From: Phyllobates terribilis
Lineage: Eukaryota
Length of the DNA: 64,000 bases
Direction of reading: 5' to 3'
Assembly (NCBI RefSeq): GCF_046119375.1
Contig: NW_027362767.1
Span: 246,884,001 to 246,948,000, forward strand
Shown: positions 36,606 through 48,325 of the stretch, in pieces
Position numbering within the stretch: position 1 is the first letter of the stretch
How the letters are laid out: every line of letters starts with the position of its first letter
Position numbers and translations under genes: made by a program
The notes under the pieces: model-generated
Database searches by the model: none
What the model was told of the DNA's origin: nothing
Seen by the model: only the letters and a program-made list of their open reading frames with translations

Positions 36606-39600
36606 ATGAAGTTGCTGAGAGCGGCGCTGTGGTTTTTACTCCCGGTGGTCACCCGGGGGGAGCCCATCTCCATCACGGTCGGTACTGTGTCATTGATCAC
36701 CGGGGTCATCTCTTACTATGGCCTACACAGCTACCTCTGGGGCAGCAGCCGGATGGAGGGAACTGTCAATGTCACAGGTAATGGAGAATAAGGCAACAAC
36801 ATGCCCTATAAGCTATGCTGGGAGTTGTAGTCCTACAGCAGCTGCATGCCCACAGGTGGCAGATCCTTGTGATTGGTGTGCTGGGAGCTGTAGTCCTGCA
36901 GCAGCTGCATGCCCACAGGTGGCAGATCCTTGTGATTGGTGTGCTGGGAGCTGTAGTCCTGCAGCAGCTGCATGCCCACAGGTGGCAGATCCTCGTGAGT
37001 GACAATACTGGAAGCTGTAATGCTAAAACTATTTAGTTTTTGTGCTTTTTTTGTCTTTTTTTTTTGCATATCAGAAAAAAATGATAATTTTTAATCCACG
37101 TTTGCTCTTATATACAGAAAAAAAAAGTCTCCCAAGTTTGTCGTCCTCATCAAACAATAAAAAAAAAAAAAAACAGACTACACTTGGATGAGATTTTTTG
37201 GGGGGTGGCAGGGAGCAATCAGACTGCAAAAAAAACCACAAAAAAATTATTTTAGCTTCCCCATAGCTTCTAATGGGTATGTGAACTCATGTATGAAGAG
37301 GGGTGTCCTGCTTGTTACCCCAGTCTATAAGGCCTCATCCAGACATCTGTGTGTCACGGACGTGTTCTTTATATGTTTTTGATACAGGAAAAAATGTCTC
37401 ATTGTACCCTGTTAGTCCGTAAATAGAAAAATATATGGAGCGTCCTCAGTGGCTGATACCATCTTTTCAGTCAGCCATTAAAAAGTAACAGGTAATTGAG
37501 GTTTTAAGACTCCTCAGGTCTCTTCATCAGGTTCAGAATAACACAAATCTGAAGAGTCACATATTTCTACACAACGGGACACAGGAATAATGCAATAATA
37601 ATACAAGTGACGGAAAGCAGAACTATCACTATGGGAGAGGGAGAATCACTTATGGCTGTAAATATTGGAGCAGTTCATAGATAAGGAGTGTGGAAGTTTT
37701 ATTGTCTTGTGACTGAGGTCTGGTCCAGGGTTGTGATGACCCCCACAGGTCTGAGAGGCACATTCCTTATTTGATGTAGCAAGATATAAATCCATGCGGC
37801 ACATTCATTCCTGCTCTGAGTGTTCCACGTTGTCATTAGTTTGTTCTCCCAGACTCTTCGGTCTCTCTGGGATGTGACGTTCCCTTTCAGTACCAGCAGT
37901 TTCAAGTCCATGATGCTGTGATCAGGGCTAGCGAATACTTGGCCACAGGTAGATCTATTATTTTTTAACTTTTATATTGTGGTGATGAAAATTCATCCTC
38001 ATTCAAAGTTTTTGTCCTGTCTCCCGTAACATACAGACCCCCAGCTGAACATTTGGTACATATATTTAAGTACACCCCATCAGATGTGCAGCTATAAAAC
38101 TACTTGGGATCTTGTAGTCTCTTTATCTTCTTCCTCGGTCATTATTCCTGTTGTTGGAGAGGACAATGAGGCTTCTCAGTGGCGTCAGAAAAATCCTTTG
38201 TGAATCAGGGCTAAAATCCAAGATCAATTGAAAACCAGATTGCAAGAGCCACCGGAATATCAAGGAATCATCTCCTACATTACAAAACCAATGCAGAAAG
38301 CAACCGGGTCCCTTTAGTAGTCACCTACAATCCAAACCTGGAGGAGCTGCACGGAGACTACAACCATTTTATTACAAAAAGATGCCCTATTAAAGTCTAT
38401 ATTTCTGGACCCCCCCCCTGTGTTATAGGCAGCCCCCAAATCTAAGAAGCATCATTGTCAGAAGCTCCCTGTCCCTCCACCAACAGGAACCTCCCCCTGC
38501 AACCAGAAAAAATGGAAAACCTGTTCATTTATAATGGCCACGGACAAGATCCCCAACTCACATCAGGACTACAAGATCCCAGGTTCTTTCAGCTCCATCA
38601 AATCTTATTTATATGTACCAAATGTCCAGCTGGGGGTCTGTATGTTGGGGAGACAGGGCAAAAACTTAGAACAAGGATGAATTCTCATCGCCACACAATA
38701 GAAAAAAAAAGATATATCTGTGGCGGAACATTTTTGTATCCCTGATCACAGCATCATGGACATGAAACTGCCAGTATTGAAAGGTAACGTCACATCCCAG
38801 AGAGACAGAAGAGTCTGGGAGCACAAACTTATCCCAACCGGAACACGCGTCTTATTTGTGGATCAACCATTCAAGTGAATAATCTGTGAAAACAACCACA
38901 GACAGCTCTCGGTTGCCAGATGTGTCCAGTAGGAGGAGCTCGGAATAAGTTTCTTGTTTGCATACAAGAAGAATGGCTGCCGTTGGTAGAAAAGAGAAAA
39001 TTTTGGATAAAATGCACTCATGAAAAAAAGGTCCAACACAACTGATGTCTGAATGAGACCTAAGACTGATAAAAGCAGCGGGCAGAGTCGCCCTCCAGGC
39101 TGTCCTCCTGCAGGGGATTGTCCAGATACCAATACCAGCTCCTGGCAATATCAGCTGGAGATGAAGCTACTTAAAGGGATTGTCCATTTGAAAAAAACAA
39201 AACAAAACATGTAGCTGTGTTCCTCATCTACTGTAAACACTTTACAACCTTTTAATTCCAAAGATTTTTCCAATCTTAAGATTTCCAAAAATTGTCAGAT
39301 TTCTTATTTTAATTAGTTAAAAAAAAAATCCAATTAAATAAAATCTTTAACATACTTAATATTCTGATCTTCCAGCTCTGCAGTTGGACTTTGACAGTCA
39401 TATATTCGGACAGCATCTGGCCAAGCAGGTGATACTAAAGGCTGTTCCTCGGTTCCTGAGCAATGAAAATCCTAAGAAACCCCTGGCGCTCTCCTTACAC
39501 GGCTGGACCGGGACGGGCAAGAACTATGTCAGCCAGATCCTGGTCAACCACATCTACTCGGAGCCCATGAGGAAGAAGTGCGTGCGTACGATTGTGGCCA

Positions 39601-42600
39601 CGTTTCACTTTCCACATGCCAATAAAATCCAGACATACAAGGTAATGAGCTGCATGGCATGCAGCATAGATCTACCGTTCTGTGTATACAGCTCCTATGC
39701 AGACTTATTTGTATCCTTGACTACAATCCTTTAGTAGTCTGATCCTGCTGGCATGCACTCTCCCATCTGCGATTACACAGGATCTGTTTGTAACGCTGGG
39801 GAAACAAAACGGTAAGAGATTTCTAATCCTGTTTTTATATTTTAGGTGCACAACACAAAGAGGTTGTAAATTGGACTTGCCCTATAAGAACCTCATTTCA
39901 CAGTGGCCTGGTTGTATTAGGGGATTGCTATTTATGCAGTTCTCTCATTTGTAACCCCTTAAGTACTAGGCTCAGGAGCTAAGCCCTCTCCATACATGAC
40001 TGACGCCAGCTGTGCTATACAGCTGCACCTGACTCTAGTCACTGCCATTTTACCCTTTAGATGACGCTTTCATTTTCAGACAGTCTAATTTAAATGGTTT
40101 AAAATGATGTTGCCAGCTAAAGCATTATATTAGTACAAACTAGCCAGAATCTTTGAAAATTCCTGGAGAACAAAAGAAGTCCCAGAAGATTGGAGAAGGG
40201 CAAATGTTGTCTCTATCTTCAAAGAAATGAAAGAAGCTGGAGCCAGGAAATTACAGGCCAGTGAGCCTTACTTCTATACCAGGAAAGATCTTTGAACACA
40301 TTATTAAACAGCATGTATGTAAGTACTTGGACAAGAATATAGTAATTAACCAGAACCAGCATTGGTTTGTAGCAAGCAAATCATCCCCTTTTTAGCTGTT
40401 TTTTTTTTCTTGAATCTTAGGGGAATTTTAATTCCTCTTATTGTGGCTTTGCTTTTAGTTTAGTGTTAGGACTCGTAAGTATGAGGACCCTTGACGTGGG
40501 TTGCGAGATTGTGTATTGCGGTCAAAATATAGACCAATACCTCATATATTATATGTATGTATTTTTTGCACTTTTTTTAATTCCAGGGTGTAGCCAGGCC
40601 CATCAGTGCTGGTATTATAAACTAGGGTGTTTGTCCTCATGGGGTGCACTCAGATAGTACCGGGCAGCCCGCCTAGTCTAATAGTATGGGCATCACTAAT
40701 GGGCTGTAAGCTGGATACTGTGCACTACCCAAGTGTGACCAGCGCCCTATACAAGCCTTTTTTTGTGTGCAATTTTAATACTAAACAATCACCCCCTCCA
40801 TGAACTAGTAGGTTGTGAGTGGTTGACTCATCAGTATTTTGCACCTGTGTTGCCGCCATCTTTATTATATGGGTTTATGGGTTTGCTGCATCCTGTTAGT
40901 GCATTAGTTCTGAGGTCTGGGCAGGTAAATACTGCTGCCCTTTTTGCTGTTTTTTTTTTTTTTTCTTGAATCTTGGGGGAATTTTGTGTTAGGAGAAGCA
41001 TAGAGTCTAGATCACATGAAGTAATTATCCCCCTCTACTCCTCCTTGGTCAGACCTCATCTGGAATAATGTGTCCAGTTCTGGGCGCCACATCTTAAAAA
41101 AGACATGAAGAAACTGGAGCAAGTTCAGAGAAGAGCTACCAGCATAGTGAGCGGACAGCAAACTATGTCCTACGAGGAACGGTTAAAGGATCTGGGAATG
41201 TTTAGCTTGCAAAAAAAAAAAAAAGACTGAGGGGCGACTTAATAGCTGTCTACAAATTGTCACTATTAAAAGTCATGTTTTAATACTTTCCTTCATTGCT
41301 GCTGATGCTGGATTTCTTTCGCTTAGCTGTCTACAAATATCTGAAGGGCTGTCACAGTGTAGAGGGATCATCCTTATTCTCATTTGCACATGGAAACACG
41401 AGAAGCAATGGGATGAAACTGGGAGAAGATACAGATTAGATGTTAGAAGACACTTTTTGACAGTGAGGGTGATCAATGAGTGGAACAGGCGGCCACGAGA
41501 GGTGGTGAGTTCTCCTTCAATAGAAGTCTTCAGAGGCTGGACAGACATCTGTCTGAGATGGTTTAGTGACTCCTGTATTGAGCAAGGGGTTGGACACGAT
41601 GACCCGGGAGGTCCCCTCCAACTCTAACATTCTAGGATTCAAGCAATCACCGGTTTATGTCCCCTAAGGGGACTAAAAATATATGTATAAAGTAGGTTAA
41701 AAAAATGTTTGTCACCTCCTTTGCCCAATCCAACAATTAAAAAAAAAAAAAAAGCATATTCTTTATCGCCGTGTCTATAAAATTATGATCTATACATATA
41801 GCAGCATGGTGGCTCAGTGGTTAGCACTGCGGCCTTGCAGCACTGGGCTCCTGGGTTCAAATCCCACCAAAAACAACAACAAGGAGTTTGTATGTTCTCC
41901 CAGTGTTTGCGTGGGTTTCCTCCCACACTCCAAAGACATACTGATGGGGCTCACAATCTAGATTCCCTAATAAGGACAACGATGATAATGTCTGTAAAGC
42001 ACTGGGGAATTAATGGCGCTATAGAAGTGAGTAAAAAAAAAAAGTACTAACCCCTAGAGGGTAAACACTGCTAAAGGGGAAAGAAGCAAAATGTCACTCG
42101 CCATTCTATTGTCCCTGCACTTTCCCGAAAAAATGCAATGCATTAAAATGTTCCCTAAAATGTTATCAGTGAAAACTGCAGCTCATCATGCAAAAGACAA
42201 GCAGGTTTTTCATTTACTTTTGCCGGAGCCCGTGCGCTGATAGTCTCATCTCTTCCCCCATACAGGACCAGTTACAGACTTTGGTGAAAGACTCTGTGAA
42301 GGGCTGCGAGCGCTCCATCTTCATATTCGATGAGATTGATAAAATGCACCCCGGCCTCATCGACGCCATCAAGCCTTTCCTGGATTACTATGAGCACGTC
42401 GATGGAGTATCGTACAGGAAGGCCATGTTCATTTTCCTCAGGTGAGCGTCTATATCTCTCCATTGCTCCTAAGGAAAACCCCTTTAAGTCCCAAACAGGC
42501 CTAACTCTTAAAGGGGTTATCTGTCGCTGTCCACATCAGAGGCTCTGAGAGGCCACCCCACACGTCTCCCACGATTTCTGCACAGGTCTTATTCATTAGT

Positions 42601-43755
42601 ATGTGACACGTGCACCATACCTGCCGCTTCTGCACACTCCCTGACAGGTGTGTGGGGCCATAACGTCATCGGCACTGCTCGCCTCTGATGCGGAAGTGAT
42701 CAGCACCAGGAATCCCTTTAAGGAGAGACTATACTTTATCAACCAGGGCAGCAATCATTGAAATCGCACTTAAAGGGAGTCTGTCAGTACAAAATGACTG
42801 TTCAAACCAAGCACCGGCATCAGTGCTCCTTTTTGCTTACTTGTTTTCCATCTACCTCCACCCTTCCCTGGCTAAAGTAAAGCCACAGCTGTCAATCAAG
42901 GAAGAAGGGGGTGGAGGTAGATGGAAAATAAGTAGTTGGGAAAGTGTAATGAACTTTTCGACCACACTAAAATTGCACCAAGTACGTGTGCTTGATTTGA
43001 ACAGTCATTTTGGGCTGACAGAGTCCTATGATTTTTATGGGTGTTACATATATATATTTTTTCCCCTGTATATTTTATATACCAGTAATGCTGGAGGAGA
43101 GAAGATCACAGAATTATCTCTAAAGTTCTGGAGAGCTGGAAGAAATAGAGAGGAAATCAAATTATCTGATGTAGAAAGGGATGTATATTTGTCTGCCTTC
43201 AACAAGAAAGACAGTGAGTATGATGTGTGGTCCAGAAACGGACTTCACCCCTTAATCTATGGCTCCAGGAGGAGAGATAAGTGGATATTCTTCCATATCT
43301 GGCATCCAGCTGGAAAGGATATGTGGGAGGAGTTTGGTGACCTGCTGTCTGTCAGTTACCTGATCTCAGCCAATCATGAAGAGGGGGAGTGTTTTCTGAA
43401 ATATTGGAGGAGAGCAGCTGACTGTCCTTTTCAGCTGATTGCCAAAAAACTTTATTTTTTTGTAATTGTATTTTTTTACTAATTCTCCCACCCGTCTCTG
43501 CTCATTTTAGGTGGTTACTGGCACAGCAGCCTGATAGATAAAAACCTGATTGACATCTTTGTGCCGTTCTTCCCCATGGAGTTCCAGCACGTGAAGATGT
43601 GTGTGAAGGCGGAGCTGGAACATCGCGGCTTTGTGCCGGATGAAGAGACCATGGTCGCCATCGCCAAAGACATGACTTATTACCCCTCTGGGGAAAAAGT
43701 TTACTCTGTAAAGGGCTGTAAAACTGTGTCCACAAAGCTGGATCTTTTCCTATGA
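36606..43755 (+). CDS. Torsin-1 family AAA+ ATPase (divergent torsin-1A/1B-like paralog), complete, 328 aa
   Basis: Five GT-AG exons join in frame: 36606-36777, 39376-39641, 42266-42441, 43086-43213, 43511-43755 (987 nt). Signal peptide plus hydrophobic segment, FGQHLAK, Walker A GWTGTGKN, Walker [10 protein letters not shown], sensor-1 SNAG, sensor-2 KGCK. Confidence 0.95.
36816..36992. repeat. 63-bp tandem repeat, 3 copies, in torsin intron 1
   Basis: Unit GCTGGGAG(T/C)TGTAGTCCT(A/G)CAGCAGCTGCATGCCCACAGGTGGCAGATCCTTGTGATTGGTGT. Confidence 0.9.
37500..38830. mobile_element. Penelope-like fragments: plus-strand GIY-YIG piece with an inverted copy of its 3' end upstream
   Basis: [22 protein letters not shown] at about 38635-38700 (+). 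The segment at about 37830-37925 is the reverse complement of 38742-38830. Minus-strand CTGATGA hammerhead-like remnant at about 37505-37532. Confidence 0.75.
40140..41640 (+). mobile_element. CR1 LINE (RT fragment 40140-40390; 3' part about 40990-41640) with an intervening unrelated insert
   Basis: [14 protein letters not shown]...[20 protein letters not shown], and a 3' terminus GGTCCCCTCCAACTCTAACATTCTAGGATTC. Confidence 0.85.
41801..42030 (+). mobile_element. tRNA-derived V-SINE (HE1/DANA-like)
   Basis: Box A TGGCTCAGTGG and box B GGTTCAAATCC, followed by the V-domain GGAGTTTGTATGTTCTCCC..GTGGGTTTCCTCCCACACTCCAAAGACATA. Confidence 0.8.
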
Positions 43756-46700
43756 CGTATACATTGCACGGACTGGCGGCCTCCACTTCTTGCCCTACGA
43801 GTTGGTCAGTTTTTCCCGCTTTTCGAATGAACTCCTGTGGCCTTCGGCGTCCTGGATTGGACGTAAATTTTGGGAGCAGACCCCCAGGCAATGGTCTGCC
43901 ACTTTTTACGGAATGATGATCACTTTGATGAAGACTATGTATATATTATGTCATGATGGATCTGATTTCTACTTGAAGAATTAATAATTATCTACATGAA
44001 TTAGTGTTTTTATCCACGTCTGCTACGTCTAAGTCATCTGTCGCCAACCTATCGCTTTCCAGCTGTTGCAAAACTACCAGTCCCAACATTACCTGACTGC
44101 CTCCAGCCCAGCTATATAGCGCCATGCCACAGCTGGGGTTAGGATCGGCAGAGTCCAGTTTGTGAATGAAGAGGTACTGAGCATGTGCGACCCTCTGTCT
44201 ACAAGGCTGGTGGTCGCAGGTGCCCAATGTCGCTCATCAAGAGAAGCAGGAGGAGAGGTTAATCGGCTCGTGAGCGGTGACATGACGGACCTGCCAGCAG
44301 AGCGCTGTGCATAACAAGTAATAGAGCATCCGACATCATACCGGGGCCTTTCGAAATATAGTCCTGGTGATTTTGCAGACTTTTTCTGTGCCCCCTGATT
44401 GGGTTTTCATGACCGTTTAGTGACTTCCCTTGCACCCACTAGCTCAGATGTATTATTTAAATAGGTATCTGAAAGCAAACCTAATGGCGCCGGTTAACTT
44501 AAAGGGCTTGTCCAGTTTTAGCAAATTAAAGGTAATGTATCATCAGAAAATGAAATACTGTTTAAAAAAAAAAAATTGCCACTAGGCCTAGAATTAGACT
44601 CCTACTTTCTGTTCTTCACATGGACGATATCAAAAATAGACAGACTTGGACCCTATTAGTTTGTATAGAGGAGTTATCTAGGCGTGCTCTAATCTGAGCA
44701 AAGATCATTGTACAGGAGGATGAGGAGGTGAGCTGTGGTAGCACAGGAACCACCATTCACAATGGGCAGTCACAGCTCTCCTCCTCCTCCTCCTGTACAA
44801 TGGCTGATAACACCTCCTATATACAGTAGATAACACAGGATCCACCATTCACAATAGGTGATAACACAGCTCACCCCCCCCCCCCCTCAGTATATAGTAG
44901 ATAACGGAAGATCCACCATTCACAATGGTTTGTCTATATACATTGTACACAGAAAGAAGCCAATCAGAGGTGTGGGCTTAGTTATACACGGCTCAGTATT
45001 CTGAGCTCTGCTAGATCTGAGAAGACTGCGATTCTATCACAACTGCTTCACCGAGTAACCTAAGGGACACAGCTGGAATCAGAGTCTCTGCCCCTACATT
45101 GTGCTGTTAGATTATATAACAAAAACCTGATGACAGATTCCCTTTAAATAAGTAAGTCTGGCTTCTATTAAAGCTGATGCAGAGATTTGAAGGTGGCTAG
45201 TTTAGTTATTAAAATGAGCTGTCAGCCAGCCCCCTTCTCACACAGCTCTGATGATTCTCTGACACAGGAAACGAATTGCCAAAAGCCTTTAAGCCCCCGT
45301 CTCGCATAGCGAGATCGCTAGCGAGATCGCTGCTGTGTCACGGTTTTGGTGACGCAACAGCGACCTCACCAGCGATGTCGCTATGTGTGACAATTTGCAA
45401 CGATCAGGCCCCTGCTGTGAGGTCGCTGATCGCTGCAAAGTGTCCTGGACCATTTTTTGGTCGTTGCCCTCCCGCTGGTCAGCACACATCGCTGTGTGTG
45501 ACCAGCGGGAGCAGCGATCAGGCTGGTGACCATGATAAACATCGGGTTACTAGGTGCGCATGTGCCCCTAGTAACCCGATGTTTATCATGGTTACCAGCC
45601 TGCGTCTGCTTCAGCAGGCTCGTAACCAGGAGCAGGACATCGTAGAAAGATTCTTTCCACGATGTCGCTGCTCCCCTGATCGTTGGTGAGCCTGCCTGTT
45701 TGACAGCTCACCAGCGATCACATAGCGACGCAGCAACGATCCCTGACAGGTCGTATCGTTGTCGGGATCGTTGCAGCGTCGCTAAGTGTGACGGGGCCTT
45801 TAGCCTGCTTGCTGATTGTTTCCAGGAAGCAGAAATATCTGGTTTTATAAACCGCAAAGAGTAAAAGAAAAGCTAATATTTTAACATTCACTTTGTATCT
45901 GGTGTTTATTAAAGGTTAGGCACCGTTACTCTCTGGCCTTACATACGTCCTTCCCTCCTGGCGTTCGTGTTATTTTAATTTTATTTTTTTTATTATTCCA
46001 CTAGACATTTCCAGATTTTTGTTCTGTATGTTTATAAAATAAAAAAAACATTAAAAAAAAGGAAGCTGTGAATGTAACAGTGTAATAAATTATTTCTTGT
46101 CAATTGGAAATCTTATGACAGCCGATCTCCGGTTACTCGACCATTAGGTAACAGTCAGAGATACCACGTGCTGCCGGCGGCAGGATCACAAGCTGGAGAG
46201 AGTATTGCTCTGGGTTAATGTATACTCTGACTATAAGAGCATTCATACATGGGCTTAGCTATAGGGTCTAGCCCATCTGCCCCATGAGAAGAGACCGTTG
46301 TTGTATACGGTACATGGGGCCCATGAGACAGATTTATTTATTTTATTGGTGCCCAGTTATGGAGCAATCATGTGACACTTGGCCGCGTTAAGTCCGCCAG
46401 TCCTTTGTAGCAGATCCATTGGTGGATCCCCGCTTTATGGAAAATTGAGGGAACTTGAAGGTTTCCATAAGTCCCATTCATCCCCCTGGTGTGTAACATC
46501 CAGCCCTTCGCCCCCAGTGTAGAACATTCGGCCCCCCGCCATGCCGCCTGTCTTTACTAACACGTGACATATCGGTGGTGCAGAGCTCCCTGATACCAGC
46601 GCGGTCCTGTAATAGGAGCCTCCGGGGTAACAAGTCCGTCCATGACATTTCTTCCTCCTAAATCTTCCCCCATCACCTGTGAGTGATATTATTGAGAAGT

Positions 46701-47205
46701 GGAAGGAACCGCAGCAACTCAGCCATGAAGTGCAGACCCCGTAACATTACAGAGCGGGGGGCCGAGTGCTGAGGAGCAGAGGGCAGAAAAGTCACCACCG
46801 CTCTGCTGACCCCATAACTGCAGAGTCCAGACCTCCTCTAGTATAACATCAGCATAAACACAGCGCCCCCGCTGGGAACTTCATGGCCGAGTAGGTATTT
46901 TGTCGAATCTGCAATAGAGGACGCAGGAGTGAACGCAAATAAAAAAATAATGTGAAGAAGAACATTTTTTTTCTTTTATTGGAGCAATGTAATGGTTAAC
47001 TTGGTGACATTAGTGCCGTGACTCGCACCATGATATACAGTATCTAGAATCAAAACTGAAACCGCATAGTCTGAATTTCCCTTCTTTTACGTCACGATCA
47101 TAAATATGCATGTGATAAAAGCACCTGATCTATAGTGGGTGAAGGTTTGAACAAACAATGTAGTGTGAACCTCAGCTCCCTTGCTCCTGCGCTGCTCCCG
47201 CTCTC

Positions 47206-47416
47206 ATGGCTGCTGTCAGGGGGTCCCGTCCCACGACTTGGCTCCTCTTCTTGCTGGTGGCGCCTCCGCTCCTCCATGTCGTTGTGTCCCTGGAGCCTAT
47301 CACCACAGGCCTCGCTATAGCAGCCGCCTCGGCCATTACAGCCTACCTGTCCTCTGAGATCTACTGCGGGTTGCTGTCGGAGTGCTGCCAGGTGGACAAG
47401 CCCTTCAATAGTACAG
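47206..47416 (+). CDS. TOR1B: Torsin-1B-like protein, exon 1 (remaining exons beyond the window; intron over 16.5 kb)
   Basis: Signal peptide, then LEPITTGLAIAAASAITAYLSSEIYCGLLSECC...FNST, versus recalled TorsinB FEPITVGLAIGAASAITGYLSYNDIYCRFAECC...LNAS. Phase-1 GT donor at 47417, the same phase as the neighbouring paralog. The 1B versus 1A assignment rests on this one exon. Confidence 0.75.
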
Positions 47417-48325
47417 GTTAGATGGGGTAATAAAGGGTTAAATGGGCTACTGCTGGTGATCTGCTGGTAGTTATTGTCCTTCAGCATATGGCATGCTGCA
47501 GTGGAAGAGGCATAGGTCTGATGTGCAAAATAATGGGGTGACCACCGCAGGGGAACAATTGGCACCAACCTGGCACCATTTGTAATCATGAAGCCTTATA
47601 GACTACATCTGGCCCTTTGTTTTGGAAATGGGGGTGTCCTTGCTCATGTACCACTAAGAAGATTGAAATCGGCGCATTGGGTCATTTTCTTATGGAGACT
47701 CTTATGGCTAATAGACAGGAACCTCTGGTGTTAAGGGGGTTATCCAGCGCCTCTCATTGAGATATAAGGGGCACTGGTGATTTAGTGTCCGGGGACGGCC
47801 TGCCAGGTGTAGTGCATACTTCCTAATTAATTGGATTGGTGCATAATATATTGTTTGGGCACAGTATCTGGCCAGCTGCCAGATGATGCCACATCACCAG
47901 CGCCTCCTACCACACTAAGAGAGAATGAGAGGCGAAAACTACTGAACTAAACCCGTAGGATATTTCCTATTGGTTTGGTCAGTGCTGTATATCTGGATCT
48001 GAATCGTTTGCAACTGTCTAATATACTTTGTGTCCGTCTCTTCACATTTTCAAGACCTCTGCTTGCTGTCAGTGAATAGGAACCGTTCATGTCTCCATGC
48101 TAATGGGGTGATATGGCAAAAGAAGGGCTAAAAATGGCCTTTTGTCCTGCCATGCATGGAAGCTCAGTAGTGCTAAAGGCAGAGCCTACTAGGCCGCCTG
48201 TCAAAGATGGAAGGGGAAACTTAAAACAGGTCGCAGTCCCCTCATTATTAGAGTTGGCTGGAAAAACAAAGGTGGCACCTGCATGCCTATAAGACCCTGT
48301 GCACACTGCGCCCCAGCCCTAAGTA

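Noticed and set aside
41801-41880. tRNA gene
   Set aside because: The A and B boxes are followed by a V-SINE core and there is no cloverleaf. It is a SINE.
42823-43482. 219-aa ORF
   Set aside because: Only 43086-43213 is torsin exon 4; the rest is open intron sequence.
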